Below are positions 39,077-48,954 of a stretch of DNA of 64,000 nt, piece after piece (position 1 is the first letter of the stretch; every line of letters begins with the position of its first letter). The notes below the pieces were generated by a model that was not told the DNA's origin, made no database searches, and was given only the letters and a program-made list of their open reading frames with translations. A program made the position numbers and the translations under genes. The DNA comes from Obrimoposthia wandeli (lineage: Eukaryota): the NCBI GenBank assembly GCA_977020255.1, contig CDROCS010006375.1, positions 1 to 64,000 on the forward strand. The letters run 5' to 3'.

Positions 39077-40537
39077 TTACAGCCCGCCCATGCAAATATA
39101 TTTTGTTTCCAAATAATCATCTAGACCGTACTTGGAGCCCTCTCGGCCTTGACCCGATTCTTTCATACCGCCAAATGGAATAACCTCGGCGCTAATGGCC
39201 GTTTCATTCACCCCGACCATGCCGTACTCTATTGCTTCAGATACACGCCAGACACGACCAATATTCTGGCTGTAAAGATAAGCTGCCAAACCAAAATCTG
39301 TATCATTAGCCATAGCGATAGCTTGCTCTTCGGTCTCAAATTTAAAAACAGGTGCGACAGGGCCAAAGATCTCTTCTTTAAATACTCTCATTTGAGGGGT
39401 CACTTCCGTCAAGATAGTGGGCTGATAGAAATTACCGACACGATCAGCTACCTGGCCACCGATAACTACCTTGGCGCCCTCAGCTACAGCACTCTCGACT
39501 TTGGCATGGATTTCAGCCAGCGCTTTTTCAGTGATGACAGGTCCATGTGTCGTCTGCTCATCAAAGCCTTCACCTAGACGGAACTGTTTAACCGCAGCAC
39601 TGAATTTTTCGACGAAAGCATCGTAAATTCCCGCTTGAACAATCAATCTATTGGCGCAAATACAGGTCTGGCCTGAGTTGCGATACTTAGACACTAGCGC
39701 CCCTTCAATAGCCGCATCCAGATCTGCGTCATCAAAAATAATCACTGGCGCGTTACCACCAAGCTCCATCGAAGTACGCTTGACCGTATCGGCGCACTGC
39801 TTCATCAGTAATTTCCCCACGGGAGTTGATCCCGTGAAGGTGACTTTCTTAACGATTTTATTAGACGTCATTTCACCACCGACCGCTACCGCGTTGGCAC
39901 TGGCCAGCACTGAGAAAAGCCCATCGGGTAATCCTGCGCGTTTAGCAAGCTCTGCCATTGCCAGTGCCGAGAGTGGCGTTTCCGCTGCAGGCTTGAGTAC
40001 AATTGCGCAACCCACTGCCAGCGCCGGAGCCACTTTACGCGCGATCATTGCATTGGGAAAATTCCAGGGAGTGATCGCAGCGACAACACCCACGGGCTGC
40101 TTCACGACTATTGCGCGGCGGTTAGCTTGTGCTGTCGGGATAACATCACCGTAAACACGCTTGCCCTCTTCGGCAAACCATTTCAAGTACGACGCTCCGT
40201 AGGCAATCTCACCGGCGGCTTCAAATAACGGCTTGCCCTGTTCAAGGGTCATGATAGCCGCTAGATCTTGCTGATTTTCCAACAACAGAGCGTGCCATTT
40301 CTCTAATATTTGCGAGCGTGAAGCTGCCGCTAACGCCTTCCAGCTTTGCATAGCTGTTTGCGCAGCCTCAATCGCTCGGCGAGTTTCAATTTGGCCGACG
40401 CTGGCAACATCGGTAATTTTTTCACCGGTTGCAGGATTGTAGACTGCGAATGTCTCCGCGCTATCGGCATCAACCCACTGCCCGTTTATGAATGCCTGCG
40501 TGCGTAATAAGCTGCTATCTTTTAATACTAATTTCAT
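39077..40537 (-). CDS. gabD: NAD(P)-dependent succinate-semialdehyde dehydrogenase
   Basis: KWFAEEGKRVYG, SMELGGNAP, RNSGQTCICANR, GREGSKYG. Confidence 0.9.
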   Translation of the reverse strand: MKLVLKDSSLLRTQAFINGQWVDADSAETFAVYNPATGEKITDVASVGQIETRRAIEAAQTAMQSWKALAAASRSQILEKWHALLLENQQDLAAIMTLEQGKPLFEAAGEIAYGASYLKWFAEEGKRVYGDVIPTAQANRRAIVVKQPVGVVAAITPWNFPNAMIARKVAPALAVGCAIVLKPAAETPLSALAMAELAKRAGLPDGLFSVLASANAVAVGGEMTSNKIVKKVTFTGSTPVGKLLMKQCADTVKRTSMELGGNAPVIIFDDADLDAAIEGALVSKYRNSGQTCICANRLIVQAGIYDAFVEKFSAAVKQFRLGEGFDEQTTHGPVITEKALAEIHAKVESAVAEGAKVVIGGQVADRVGNFYQPTILTEVTPQMRVFKEEIFGPVAPVFKFETEEQAIAMANDTDFGLAAYLYSQNIGRVWRVSEAIEYGMVGVNETAISAEVIPFGGMKESGQGREGSKYGLDDYLETKYICMGGL

Positions 40538-40597
40538 GACTGAGGTATCTCTCATCTGCGTTTAAAATCGGGGAGATTTAATCGTTGTGATGACACT

Positions 40598-40637
40598 TTA
40601 GCTAAAATTAGTTAACTTGTTAACTAATTTTAGCTAA
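40598..40637. repeat. Perfect 19-bp inverted repeat (2-nt spacer) containing an HpaR-type box
   Basis: TTAGCTAAAATTAGTTAAC-TT-GTTAACTAATTTTAGCTAA, upstream of gabD. Confidence 0.85.
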
Positions 40638-40674
40638 TTATCTGTATCGCGACAAAGCAGAGCCCATTAAAACC

Positions 40675-41628
40675 TTAGTGCGATACCCCCTCCACACCCA
40701 GCAACCAAATAACTACATTAATGCCCACAAACGCTAGTAACGTCGCTGGAAGTAACACTGCTGAGCAGAGGTGCCCCATTTGGTAACGCAAGCCAAACAC
40801 TGCAAAAATACTAAACATTGGCATACAGGCCAGCACGAGCGCCACTGCTTGAAAAAGCGGTGACATAGGAGGAAGTAAATAAATCATCAGGGCGATACAC
40901 AGTGGATGTAACACTAACTTCCCGATGACTATCAGTGAAATATCACCTAACATGCCTTGGGGCTTAACCCCTACCAACATGCCACCGATCGTAAATAGTG
41001 CTAGTGCACCGACTGTGGCGGCCAGCATATTAATACCAGTATTCACCACCTCTGGTGGCTTGATACCGGTAAGCGCACTGAGTAAACCCAAACCAATAGC
41101 GAGTACCACAGGGTTTTTTAACAACCTGGGCAGCGTTGCACGCAGTGAGCCAAAAAAGCTATCACTGGCATGTTGCCCAGTATCAGCCAGTGCTAGAGCC
41201 AGAGGTAAGATAAAGAAATTTTCGATGATAAGCGTTAACGAAAAAGGCACTAGGGCCGCATCACCAAATAGCTGAGTGATGATAGGAAACCCTATCATCA
41301 AGCTGTTTGACATACTGGCGCCTAAACCAAACATGGCACTTTGGGTCAAATCCTTGCCGCGAATTTTGGCGATAGAAAATACTAAAACAAAAGATAAAAG
41401 TGATCCTAGGCCAAAGATAATTAAGTAATCATAATGCAGAATATCTTGAAAAGAGCGACCACTCAGCGCTTTGAATATAGCAGCAGGCAAGCCAAAGTGA
41501 ATAATGAACCAAGCGAAATTTGATATCGCCTCACGACTCAAATAACCATTCCTGACAACGAGGAACCCCATCGCTATGAGTAAGAAAATAGGACTGGTGA
41601 GTGTCAGAATATACCCGAAGTTTTGCAT
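40675..41628 (-). CDS. AEC-family (auxin efflux carrier-like) transporter
   Basis: LPAAIF, MSNSLMIGFPI, KNPVV, KLVLHP; about 10 TM segments. Confidence 0.88.
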   Translation of the reverse strand: MQNFGYILTLTSPIFLLIAMGFLVVRNGYLSREAISNFAWFIIHFGLPAAIFKALSGRSFQDILHYDYLIIFGLGSLLSFVLVFSIAKIRGKDLTQSAMFGLGASMSNSLMIGFPIITQLFGDAALVPFSLTLIIENFFILPLALALADTGQHASDSFFGSLRATLPRLLKNPVVLAIGLGLLSALTGIKPPEVVNTGINMLAATVGALALFTIGGMLVGVKPQGMLGDISLIVIGKLVLHPLCIALMIYLLPPMSPLFQAVALVLACMPMFSIFAVFGLRYQMGHLCSAVLLPATLLAFVGINVVIWLLGVEGVSH

Positions 41629-41663
41629 AGTAGGCTAGTAGCACAGAAGTTGAAGGGATTTGA

Positions 41664-41707
41664 GCTTACATCAACATAGTTAATAAGTTAACTATGTTGA
41701 TGTAAGC
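41664..41707. repeat. Perfect 20-bp inverted repeat (4-nt spacer) containing an HpaR-type box
   Basis: GCTTACATCAACATAGTTAA-TAAG-TTAACTATGTTGATGTAAGC, upstream of the AEC gene. Confidence 0.85.
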
Positions 41708-42233
41708 ATGACCGAGCGCTATACCAGTCATTGAAGTAATAATGTGTGCGCTTAAACTTAAACCATTCTTAGATTAGGCTCTCAACCCATTAACGATCGT
41801 CCTAGAATTTGTTTACCAACATCGTCAGCGCACACTGAAACTTCAGTAATTTAAGGAGACGGATGCGCTCATCTGGAATCACTCGCGGTTCTTCGGCGCG
41901 CCGCTGCATTTACTGAAAAAGCGGTAGTACTTCCTGAAGCGGCACTGATAGTAGTTAGACCTAAGCATTGTCTGGCCACCTCTGCTGTTATTATCATTAT
42001 TGGCAATAGTTATGTTGTGGATATATTACAGTTTGCATAACTTGCAATGAATTAGGTTGCAGGTGGATGGATCTTTCGTATGCTATATTGTACTTTTGAT
42101 AGGGCGCATATCTATTGAACTTCGATAGCTTTAATTTATTTTACTTATTTATTAAATACCTATGACTTTTTCATTTAGTTTCCCTGCAGTAATACTTGTA
42201 TTTTGGCACTTTAAATTCATCATCAGGCCTATT

Positions 42234-43187
42234 ATGAATATCTCGCACTCGTCAGAAAAAACGGTGATACCCGCAGAAATACCCAATATTCATATTGGCG
42301 AAGTGTACGATCAACGCTACGTCGAAGCAGAAATTCATTACGAGAGCCTCGAAAAACTGGCGTCATTTTTTGGCCGCAACATGCCTGTTCACTATCACGA
42401 TCGGTTTTATCAGCTACATGTGATACTCGAAGGTACGGTAAGAGTACATTTAGATGAAGTGAGCTACAGCGCCCAGGGCCCAATGTTCTTTCTCACACCG
42501 CCCACTGTTCCCCACAGTTTTTTAATTGAAGATCAGGCCACTGGCCATGTCATAACCGTACGTCAGCAGTTAGTTTGGGAGTTACTCGGTGATATTGACC
42601 AACAACAGTGGCAAGGCGCTATAAACAGACCACTGTGCGTCGAACTACAAACCAGTAATGATAAAAATAATGCTGCAGCGCAGCGGATGCTGCTATTGCT
42701 CAGCATGATGTCCGTCGAAGACACACCTGATAATTTACAACACCATCGCGCGCAGCGGGCGTTGTTACAACTCATTCTCATCGACATTTCACGCTTAGCG
42801 GATCAAGGCTCTGCACAGCAAAATACACAAAAAGAAGACGTAAGAGTTTTCCATCGCTTCAATAAACTGATCGAGGAGCACTTTAAAGAGCATTTGCCCT
42901 TGCCCGGCTACACAGCTCAGATAGGGGTAACGGAAGCACGTTTGAACAGTATTTGCCGCCGCCTTGCAGGACAGCCATCAAAACGTTTAATCATGGACAG
43001 GTTAATTCAGGAAGCTCGCAGGCGCTTAACCTACTCCAGCGCGCCGGTCACCGAAATTGGCTATCAATTAGGGTTCAAGGATCCGGCTTATTTTGCCCGT
43101 TTTTTCCGTCGTAATACAGGAGTAACCGCCAGTGATTTTCGCGAGCAAAAACAGCGCATAATACATAGCCCAACCATCAAAGTGTAA
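42234..43187 (+). CDS. hpaA: 4-hydroxyphenylacetate catabolism activator (AraC family)
   Basis: IPNIHIGEVYDQRY, FFGRNMPVHYHDRFYQLH, LGFKDPAYFARFF. Confidence 0.9.
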   Translation: MNISHSSEKTVIPAEIPNIHIGEVYDQRYVEAEIHYESLEKLASFFGRNMPVHYHDRFYQLHVILEGTVRVHLDEVSYSAQGPMFFLTPPTVPHSFLIEDQATGHVITVRQQLVWELLGDIDQQQWQGAINRPLCVELQTSNDKNNAAAQRMLLLLSMMSVEDTPDNLQHHRAQRALLQLILIDISRLADQGSAQQNTQKEDVRVFHRFNKLIEEHFKEHLPLPGYTAQIGVTEARLNSICRRLAGQPSKRLIMDRLIQEARRRLTYSSAPVTEIGYQLGFKDPAYFARFFRRNTGVTASDFREQKQRIIHSPTIKV

Positions 43188-44096
43188 CTTACCTCTGGTA
43201 CCCATCCTTATGAAAAGTACCCATAAAGCCACGGAAATGAGCCGTTAACTCAGTAACATAATCCATCCTTTTAAAAATTTTACCTCAATACAACATTATT
43301 GACGTAGCTTTGCTGTTATTAAAAATTGCTGTATTACGCCCTTTGTCATCATTTTCCGTCAACATCCTAGGCTGCGGCCAAGTCGCCTACTCCAATCACT
43401 TTGCCAGTCGTAGCAAGGATACATTCGCCAATGCACATTACGACATGTGTAGAAGGGGATTCCACTGCTAGATAATTACACCGCCCTATTTCAATGTACC
43501 ACTTGGGCGGTTTATGAAGGAGGTGGTCACTTTATCTGGCAGGTAAAGTAAAGGCTATCGTCATAAAAGCGAAACGGAACCTCTAGTATTCTTCAGGGGA
43601 AACTATGCAGTGCCAGCACAGCATCCACTGACGATGAACGTCCTGAAAAAGCAAAAATGGCAGCGAAATCTTTTTTGTTAGTGATTACTTACTATATTCT
43701 TTACGCCCTATATACCGCATATTTAGCAACACGATTAATTCTAAAATCAATCAAGCGTACGATGTTACCACTGAGAGTGGCGCACCCTCGCAGGTTGTAT
43801 AGCTAATCCGCTATTACCATTAATACCTTGACAGAAATGGTATGTAACCAGATGTATCACTACGACAAACAGCGGATTGGATGGTGAGTAAAGGCTTGGT
43901 CTACTATCCTGATAAAGCACCTTAGCTGCGACGAAAAAAGGGCCGAAGATGGCAAAAGAGCTACGAACACTTACGTTAGATAAAGAGGGTCGGCTACTGG
44001 TCGATTTGATACGTGACCAAGCTAGTACGATGAAGTCTGGCATGAAAGCATTGATACAATCATTGACACAAATGAAAGTTAGCGCTGTCATAAAAC

Positions 44097-44876
44097 TTAT
44101 GTCAGTACTAATTCAGAAATCCGACTCGCCGCCTGTTGTAAGTTTATCAGGTGATCTTCGATAATCTGCGCCGAACTAACAGCACTATCATCCCACACTA
44201 AATTAATGGCCCCTATAGGGCCATTTTCTGTGATAAGTGCAATCGCGACTGCAAGGGAGGGATTACTCTCCGGTAAAATTTGCGGGATATAATCTTCTTT
44301 GTAACGCAAACTATAACCCCGCTCAGCACAGGCAGTCATTTCACTCTTCCAACGCTGTTCTTGTAAATAGCGCCTCTCCATCAAGTCTCCATAATGAGCT
44401 ATATCGGCAAGCGTATCTGTGATTTTTAACGCGTCACAAGAGAGTAAATAGGCTCTCCCCAAAGCTGTCATTACCAGAGAAGGCTTATAACCTGCGACAT
44501 ACAAATTCACACCGCTGTTTGCCTGGGTGCGGGTCGAATCGGCAATGTACAAACATTGATCCGCATTTAACAGGGCCAAATCTACCGCGCAGCCACTGAG
44601 CTGACTTAGAGCCTTTAACGTAGCGCTTGCCTTACCCGCCAAAACTTCGGCTGCCTCTCGCTTAGGTGCTGTAGGCATGCCCAACCAAACATAGCGTCTG
44701 TCATTCAATCGTTTACGTAACCAGCCACGATACAAATAAGTATCTAAACAACGCAGTACAGCCTGCTTTGAATAACCGCAGATATTAATCAACTCCAGCA
44801 AGCTGAGCTGACGATGCTGCTGCATAAGCTCGGCAATCTCTAATCCTTTGCTCAAGTTCTGATTTAGTTCCGGCAC
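44097..44876 (-). CDS. IclR-family regulator
   Basis: N-terminal HTH LSKGLEI, TALGRAYL, GAINL; divergent from the sulfatase. Confidence 0.7.
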   Translation of the reverse strand: MPELNQNLSKGLEIAELMQQHRQLSLLELINICGYSKQAVLRCLDTYLYRGWLRKRLNDRRYVWLGMPTAPKREAAEVLAGKASATLKALSQLSGCAVDLALLNADQCLYIADSTRTQANSGVNLYVAGYKPSLVMTALGRAYLLSCDALKITDTLADIAHYGDLMERRYLQEQRWKSEMTACAERGYSLRYKEDYIPQILPESNPSLAVAIALITENGPIGAINLVWDDSAVSSAQIIEDHLINLQQAASRISELVLT

Positions 44877-44977
44877 GTTAAACTCCTAATCGCTATTCCG
44901 TTACACGGACTTATGATTTTATCCCCAGCTTATCTCACTATATAATTTCAGTTTTAAAATATACAGTGGTGGATGGC

Positions 44978-46588
44978 ATGGCGAAGAACATATTATTTAT
45001 TATGTGTGACCAACTCAGGTTTGACTACCTCAGTTGTTATGGTCATCCACACTTGAAAACACCCAATATTGATGCCCTGGCCGCCCGCGGTGTTAAGTTT
45101 GACAATGCCTATGTGCAATCTCCTATTTGTGGTCCCTCGCGGATGAGCTATTACACTGGGCGATATGTGAGATCGCACGGCTCAACGTGGAACGGCACAC
45201 CGCTGCGTATTGGTGAGCCCACGCTGGGGAGTCACTTGAGCGAAATAGGGGTGAGAAACGTCCTTTTAGGTAAAACGCACATGCGTGCCGATAGACAAGG
45301 GATGGAGAAACTGGGAATTGATCCGCAATCTGAAATTGGTATTTTCAATGCGCAGTGCGGTTTCGAAGTATTCGAGCGCGACGATGGCCTTCATCCTGAC
45401 GAATCTAGCGGCCCAAGTCCGCGTTACAATACTTATCTCAACGAAAACGGTTTCGACGGTGATAACCCTTGGCAGTCCTGGGCCAATTCCGCGCAAGGAC
45501 GAGATGGCGAACTACTCTCTGGCTGGCTGATGGAGAATGCCGATAAACCGGCGCGTATCCCCCAATACTATTCTGAGACGCCCTACCTTACACGTCGGGC
45601 CATGGATTTTATCGATCAAGCTGATGAGACCCCTTGGTGTCTGCACTTGTCATTTATCAAACCGCATTGGCCATACATGGCTCCGGCGCCTTATCACAAC
45701 ATGTACAGCAAAGAACATATGACCCCAGCTAATCGCACAGAGCAGGAGCGGCGCGACGCACACCCTCTGCACAAAGCTTATATAGAGCACTTCGCCTCCG
45801 CAACGTTTCACCGCGAAGAAGTACGTGAAAAAGTCATTCCCACCTACATGGGCCTGATCAAACAAATCGACGATCAAATGGGGGTCCTCTTTAATCATTT
45901 GGAAGAGCGAGGCATCGCCGATGAAACCATGATTGTATTTACTGCCGATCACGGTGACTATCTTGGAGATCACTGGATGGGCGAAAAAGAGCTGTTCCAC
46001 GAGGCGTCAGTCAAAGTGCCATTGATCATCTTCAACCCAGACAAGTCCGCCGATAAAACGCGAGGTAGTAGTTCTGCTCAGCTAGTTGAATCTATCGATT
46101 TAGCGCCCACCTTTATTGAATACATGGGAGGTACTCCTAAATACAACATTTTGGAGGGCAAATCGCTGCTTTCTCTACTTGGCGGCGACAAGTCACCACT
46201 ACGTCAGTACGCCTTCTCGGAATACGACTATTCTATGCGCCAAGCCAGTCAAGTGCTTGCAGTAGCACCTGATGATGCAAGGATGGTGATGGTGCGCGAT
46301 AGCCGCTTCAAATACACCTATATTCAAGACATGCCAGCAATGTTATTCGATTTAAACAGTGACCCTCAAGAGCTGTTTAACATCGCTGGCAACCCTGAAC
46401 ACCGTGATACTTGTCAGCGTTTTGAGCAAGCACTCTTACAATGGTCTCTTAAACATCACAACAAAATCACCATTTCCAGCGATGAAATAACTGCAAACCG
46501 AGGTCGTGAAGTTGAAGCCGGGATCCTGATTGGTTACTGGGATAATGATGACTTAAACAGAGCTATTATCAGGGGAAGAGACCTATAA
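44978..46588 (+). CDS. Cys-type (formylglycine) sulfatase, dimeric arylsulfatase/PMH-related clade
   Basis: NILFIMCDQLR, CGPSRMSYYTGRY (CxPxR), GKTH, KPHWP, ADHGD, GEK; no signal peptide. Confidence 0.88.
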   Translation: MAKNILFIMCDQLRFDYLSCYGHPHLKTPNIDALAARGVKFDNAYVQSPICGPSRMSYYTGRYVRSHGSTWNGTPLRIGEPTLGSHLSEIGVRNVLLGKTHMRADRQGMEKLGIDPQSEIGIFNAQCGFEVFERDDGLHPDESSGPSPRYNTYLNENGFDGDNPWQSWANSAQGRDGELLSGWLMENADKPARIPQYYSETPYLTRRAMDFIDQADETPWCLHLSFIKPHWPYMAPAPYHNMYSKEHMTPANRTEQERRDAHPLHKAYIEHFASATFHREEVREKVIPTYMGLIKQIDDQMGVLFNHLEERGIADETMIVFTADHGDYLGDHWMGEKELFHEASVKVPLIIFNPDKSADKTRGSSSAQLVESIDLAPTFIEYMGGTPKYNILEGKSLLSLLGGDKSPLRQYAFSEYDYSMRQASQVLAVAPDDARMVMVRDSRFKYTYIQDMPAMLFDLNSDPQELFNIAGNPEHRDTCQRFEQALLQWSLKHHNKITISSDEITANRGREVEAGILIGYWDNDDLNRAIIRGRDL

Positions 46589-46796
46589 ACTTGTGAAGTA
46601 ATTGTCTTTTTCACTAGCCCATTTAGCAGTTCACTAATCAGCGAGCTGCTAAGCTGGTCAATGGGAGTGATGCGTCAAAGGGAAGCGATATAACGATCAT
46701 TCTTTTATGGAATGATCTAATACATTGACTTTAAACCTGAGGTTACCCAAAGTGATAGGGTCAATAATTAAACAATCGCCAATACGTAGCTTGAAT

Positions 46797-47492
46797 ATGC
46801 CAACTTCAGATTTACTCCCCTTCCAATTTCAACGCCAAAGCCTGTCACTGATTAATAGCCTGCTGCCGATCAGTGATGCGGTGTTTTTTTTGGTCGAGCC
46901 CAATATGCAACATCGGGCTGCCGTCATATTTAATGGTGAACAGGCGATGGAAAAACGCTATACCAACGACTTCAGTCAAATGGATCCACTACACCCTGAC
47001 AGGTTTCGCGATAGCGATGTGCGTGTCGCGACTATCGATTCACAAATAGCACCTCACTTGCTCAAACAGAGCCGCTACTATCAAGAGTTTATGCAACCAC
47101 ACCAGCATCGCTATGTTGCCGATATGTTTTTTCGTAATGAACAGCAGATCATTGCCGTACTCAGCATTTTGCGCAATGAGTTGCTCAGTGACTTTTCTCA
47201 TCAAGAATTAGCACTGCTAAAAAACATCCAACCTTTCATGGAATACAGTTTGAATACGGTTTACCTGCCGCAACGACAGCAGCAAAAAAATAGCTTACAA
47301 CAGCAGTATCAACTGACAGCACGCGAATTAGATGTATTAGAACTACTTATTCGCGGTACCACAAATAAAGAAATAGCCCAATCTCTTAACCTCGGGCTCG
47401 CGACGGTAAAGACCCATCTGCATCATATTTTCAGTAAAACCTCTGTTAACAACCGCAGCGAGTTGATCGGCAGAATACTACAACAACTGTAA
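46797..47492 (+). CDS. LuxR-type HTH regulator without receiver domain
   Basis: C-terminal LTARELDVLELL..G.TNKEIA..L.LG.ATVKTHL. Confidence 0.85.
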   Translation: MPTSDLLPFQFQRQSLSLINSLLPISDAVFFLVEPNMQHRAAVIFNGEQAMEKRYTNDFSQMDPLHPDRFRDSDVRVATIDSQIAPHLLKQSRYYQEFMQPHQHRYVADMFFRNEQQIIAVLSILRNELLSDFSHQELALLKNIQPFMEYSLNTVYLPQRQQQKNSLQQQYQLTARELDVLELLIRGTTNKEIAQSLNLGLATVKTHLHHIFSKTSVNNRSELIGRILQQL

Positions 47493-47636
47493 TTCACAGC
47501 TGCGGTACTGTTTACTTAATCAAGCGAATTGAATGTCGATCTCAACCTTTTGATGGATGCCCTCTGCGCGCTATAAAATTAATACTGTCGTTTTAGCTAG
47601 TCCACTAGCCGCTATCTACAACGACAGGTAAAGACG

Positions 47637-48953
47637 ATGCACAGTGAAACACAAGCTCTTCTCGCACGCCGACACAAGGTACTCGGTCCGCACACGCCAT
47701 TATTTTACGATGAGCCCCTACAGCTGGTTCGCGGGGAAGGTGTCTGGTTATACGATCAGCAGGGTAAACGCTATTTAGATGTCTATAATAATGTCCCTCA
47801 CGTCGGTCACTGTAATCCAAGAGTTGTTGAGGCGATGCATCGCCAAGCTAGTACTCTAAATATTCATACCCGCTATCTACACAATAATATTGTCGATTAT
47901 CTAGAGCGACTGTGCGCTACTTTTGACCCCTCTTTAAGCATGGCAATGCTGACCTGTACCGGCAGCGAGGCAAATGAATTAGCATTGCGTATGGCACGTC
48001 ACTTCACTGGCGGCCAAGGTATTATCGTCACAGATTTTGCCTACCACGGTAATACAGAGGCCGTTGCAGAGCTTGGTACTGGGTTTATGCCTGAAGCTAA
48101 AACAACTAAGCGGGTAAAGGCATTTTCAATACCCGACAGCTATCGTGGTCTGCAAGGTGTTGCTGAAGATCAATTAGCTGATGCCTATGCCGCACAAATA
48201 AGCAGAGCGATTGAGGAGTTCCAGCAACAGGGTGTTCCCTTTGCTGGCATGTTAATTTGCCCAGACTTTGCCAATGAAGGCTTACTTAATGTGCCGCAAA
48301 GCTTTCTCGAGAAAGCGGCGGCGATCGTCCGTCAAGCAGGCGGGGTGATGATCTGCGATGAAGTGCAAGCGGGTTTTGGCCGCACCGGAGCTCATATGTG
48401 GGCTCACCAACATTACAATTTTGTCCCCGATATTGTCACGCTGGGTAAGCCAATGGGTAATGGCCACCCACTAGCGGGAGTTATTTCCAGACCTGAGCTG
48501 ATTGAACCTTTTAGTAAAACAGCCATGTACTTCAACACTTTTGGTGGCACACCTGTCTCTTGCGCCGTCGGCATTGCCGTATTGGATGCCTTAGAAGAAG
48601 ACAACTTGTTACACAATGCAATAACCACGGGTAGTTATGTTGCCAAAGGTCTAAACACACTAAAAAGTAAATACTCACTTATCGGTGAAGTCCGTGACAG
48701 AGGGCTTTTCTTCGCGGTTGAATTAGTCGAAGATTTAATCGATAAAACGCCCGCAACACAACAAGCTCGCCTGTTAGTAAACCTTATGCGGCAAAAAGGC
48801 GTGCTGATCAGTGTGATCGGTGTCCACAACTCAATTCTTAAACTGCGTCCACCGATGCCGTTTCAACCAGAACATGCCGACCTATTACTGGCAACATTAG
48901 ATGACGCCCTGATGCAAATCACTACCATTAGTAACGACTACAGGGAGCAATGA
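47637..48953 (+). CDS. Class III PLP enzyme, ETNPPL/PHYKPL (phospho-lyase)-like
   Basis: YLDVYNNVPHVGHC, NIHTRYLH, AYHGNT, DEVQAGFGRTG, TLGKPMGNGHP, FNTFGG. Confidence 0.85.
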   Translation: MHSETQALLARRHKVLGPHTPLFYDEPLQLVRGEGVWLYDQQGKRYLDVYNNVPHVGHCNPRVVEAMHRQASTLNIHTRYLHNNIVDYLERLCATFDPSLSMAMLTCTGSEANELALRMARHFTGGQGIIVTDFAYHGNTEAVAELGTGFMPEAKTTKRVKAFSIPDSYRGLQGVAEDQLADAYAAQISRAIEEFQQQGVPFAGMLICPDFANEGLLNVPQSFLEKAAAIVRQAGGVMICDEVQAGFGRTGAHMWAHQHYNFVPDIVTLGKPMGNGHPLAGVISRPELIEPFSKTAMYFNTFGGTPVSCAVGIAVLDALEEDNLLHNAITTGSYVAKGLNTLKSKYSLIGEVRDRGLFFAVELVEDLIDKTPATQQARLLVNLMRQKGVLISVIGVHNSILKLRPPMPFQPEHADLLLATLDDALMQITTISNDYREQ

Positions 48954-48954
48954 T

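Noticed and set aside
43628-43652. Hammerhead-like CTGACGA...GAAA
   Set aside because: No stem II pairing or flanking stems.
43949-44164. 71-aa ORF
   Set aside because: No family resemblance, and it overlaps the IclR 3' end; at most part of a relic.
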